Below, piece after piece: positions 62,901-64,000 of a stretch of 64,000 nucleotides of DNA. How positions within the stretch are numbered: the stretch's first letter is position 1; every line of letters begins with the position of its first letter. The notes beneath the pieces are model-generated. The model did not search any database and was not told the DNA's origin. It saw only the letters and a list, made by a program, of their open reading frames with translations. The stretch is from Yuukianura sp. NJ FZ-2021. Taxonomy: Eukaryota. A program made the position numbers and the translations under genes. The stretch covers positions 1,178,001 through 1,242,000 of the forward strand of contig JAJCTO010000009.1 of assembly GCA_046563655.1 (NCBI GenBank), read 5' to 3'.

Positions 62901-64000
62901 TTATATTTCCTACCAACTTGCACATTAAATAGATCATGTCTGAAAACTTCTGCCCAACAATAGTCCGAAATTGTATTTTAGCCCAGCTCCACCATACCAC
63001 AAGTGCATAAGTCTAACTACGATTTAGGTTTAAACTTAGGGTTGAAACTATACAACAAGGTGTTAAACGTTGTGAAAAATGGAATTTATGCCTTGTTACC
63101 GCTCATACCAAAATTCTTGGTATTCATCAAATAACGGTCCACTTCGTCGTAATGCATAACTGACTAAATCACACGTTGAAAAACATGTTGTCAGCGTCCA
63201 TCCTTGAGCTCAAACTAGAAGTGCCGGTGAAGTGTGAAGCATGCCTTCACTTCAGATGCAACCCATGAGTTTTCACTTTGACATCATAAATCATGATAAC
63301 TCACACGTCGATGGAACTTCTGGGAAAAACCGACTATTACATTTTCTAAATCAAAATTGAACATTCAGCATTTTTGGATAAAATTTTTGGAAAATACTTT
63401 TTTATATTTCCTACCAACTTGCACATTAAATAGATCATGTCTGAAAACTTCTGCCCAACAATAGTCCGAAATTGTATTTTAGCCCAGCTCCACCATACCA
63501 CAAGTGCATAAGTCTAACTACGATTTAGGTTAAACTTAGGGTTGAAACTATACAACAAGGTGTTAAACGTTGTGAAAAATGGAACTTATGCCTTGTTACC
63601 GCTCATACCAAAATTCTTGGTATTCATCAAATAACGGTCCACTTCGTCGTAATGCATAACTGACTAAATCACACGTTGAAAAACATGTTGTCAGCGTCCA
63701 TCCTTGAGCTCAAACTAGAAGTGCCGGTGAAGTGTCAAGCATGCCTTCACTTCAGATGCAACCCATGAGTTTTCACTTTGACATCATAAATCATGATAAC
63801 TCACACTTCGATGGAACTTCAGGGAAAAACCGACTATTACATTTTCTAAATCAAAATTGAACATTCAGCATTTTTGGCCATTTCTGGATACAATTTTTGG
63901 AAAATACTTTTTTATATTTCCTACCAACTTGCACATTAAATAGATCATGTCTGAAAACTTCTGCCCAACAATAGTCCGAAATTGTATTTTAGCCCAGCTC

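Larger units (their letters stand above)
15963..64000. repeat. Satellite B tandem array, 510-bp monomer, interrupted by elements 2 and 3
   Basis: Exact 510-bp periodicity (lines repeat every 1020 bp); ~48 units before 40405, ~12 in 47508-53626, ~8 after 59950. Confidence 0.98.

Overview
Eukaryotic heterochromatin, probably from an invertebrate or arthropod (TATA plus TCAGT initiator promoters). It consists of two abutting satellite arrays interrupted by three clean insertions. Satellite A (1-~15962) has ~541/390-bp units whose monomer contains an apparent Ty3/Gypsy integrase relic. Satellite B (~15963-64000) has a 510-bp unit. Insertion 1 (1958-7907) is a 5.95-kb Polinton/Maverick-type element with AG...CT ends, a 5-bp TSD and long nested inverted arms; it encodes a C2H2-fused A32-like packaging ATPase, a core-protein/PW-like polyprotein with adenain-type QxGG sites, and an unknown ORF. 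Insertion 2 (40406-47507) is a 7.1-kb non-autonomous LTR element with a 4-bp TSD, tRNA-Gly PBS and no gag/pol; it carries a degenerate DEDDy exonuclease-fold gene ending in PLDLS and an antisense spliced gene. Insertion 3 (53627-59949) is a 6.3-kb Polinton-type element with AG...CT ends, a 6-bp TSD and ~1.19-kb TIRs; it encodes only minor capsid, a basic protein and major capsid. Neither Polinton-type element has pPolB, integrase or protease. Their gene sets are complementary, and each carries a tRNA-like Pol III (A-box/B-box/oligo-T) hairpin unit reminiscent of adenovirus VA RNA. Most ORF frameshifts lie in homopolymers and may be assembly errors. All protein family calls come from motif recognition by eye, not database searches.
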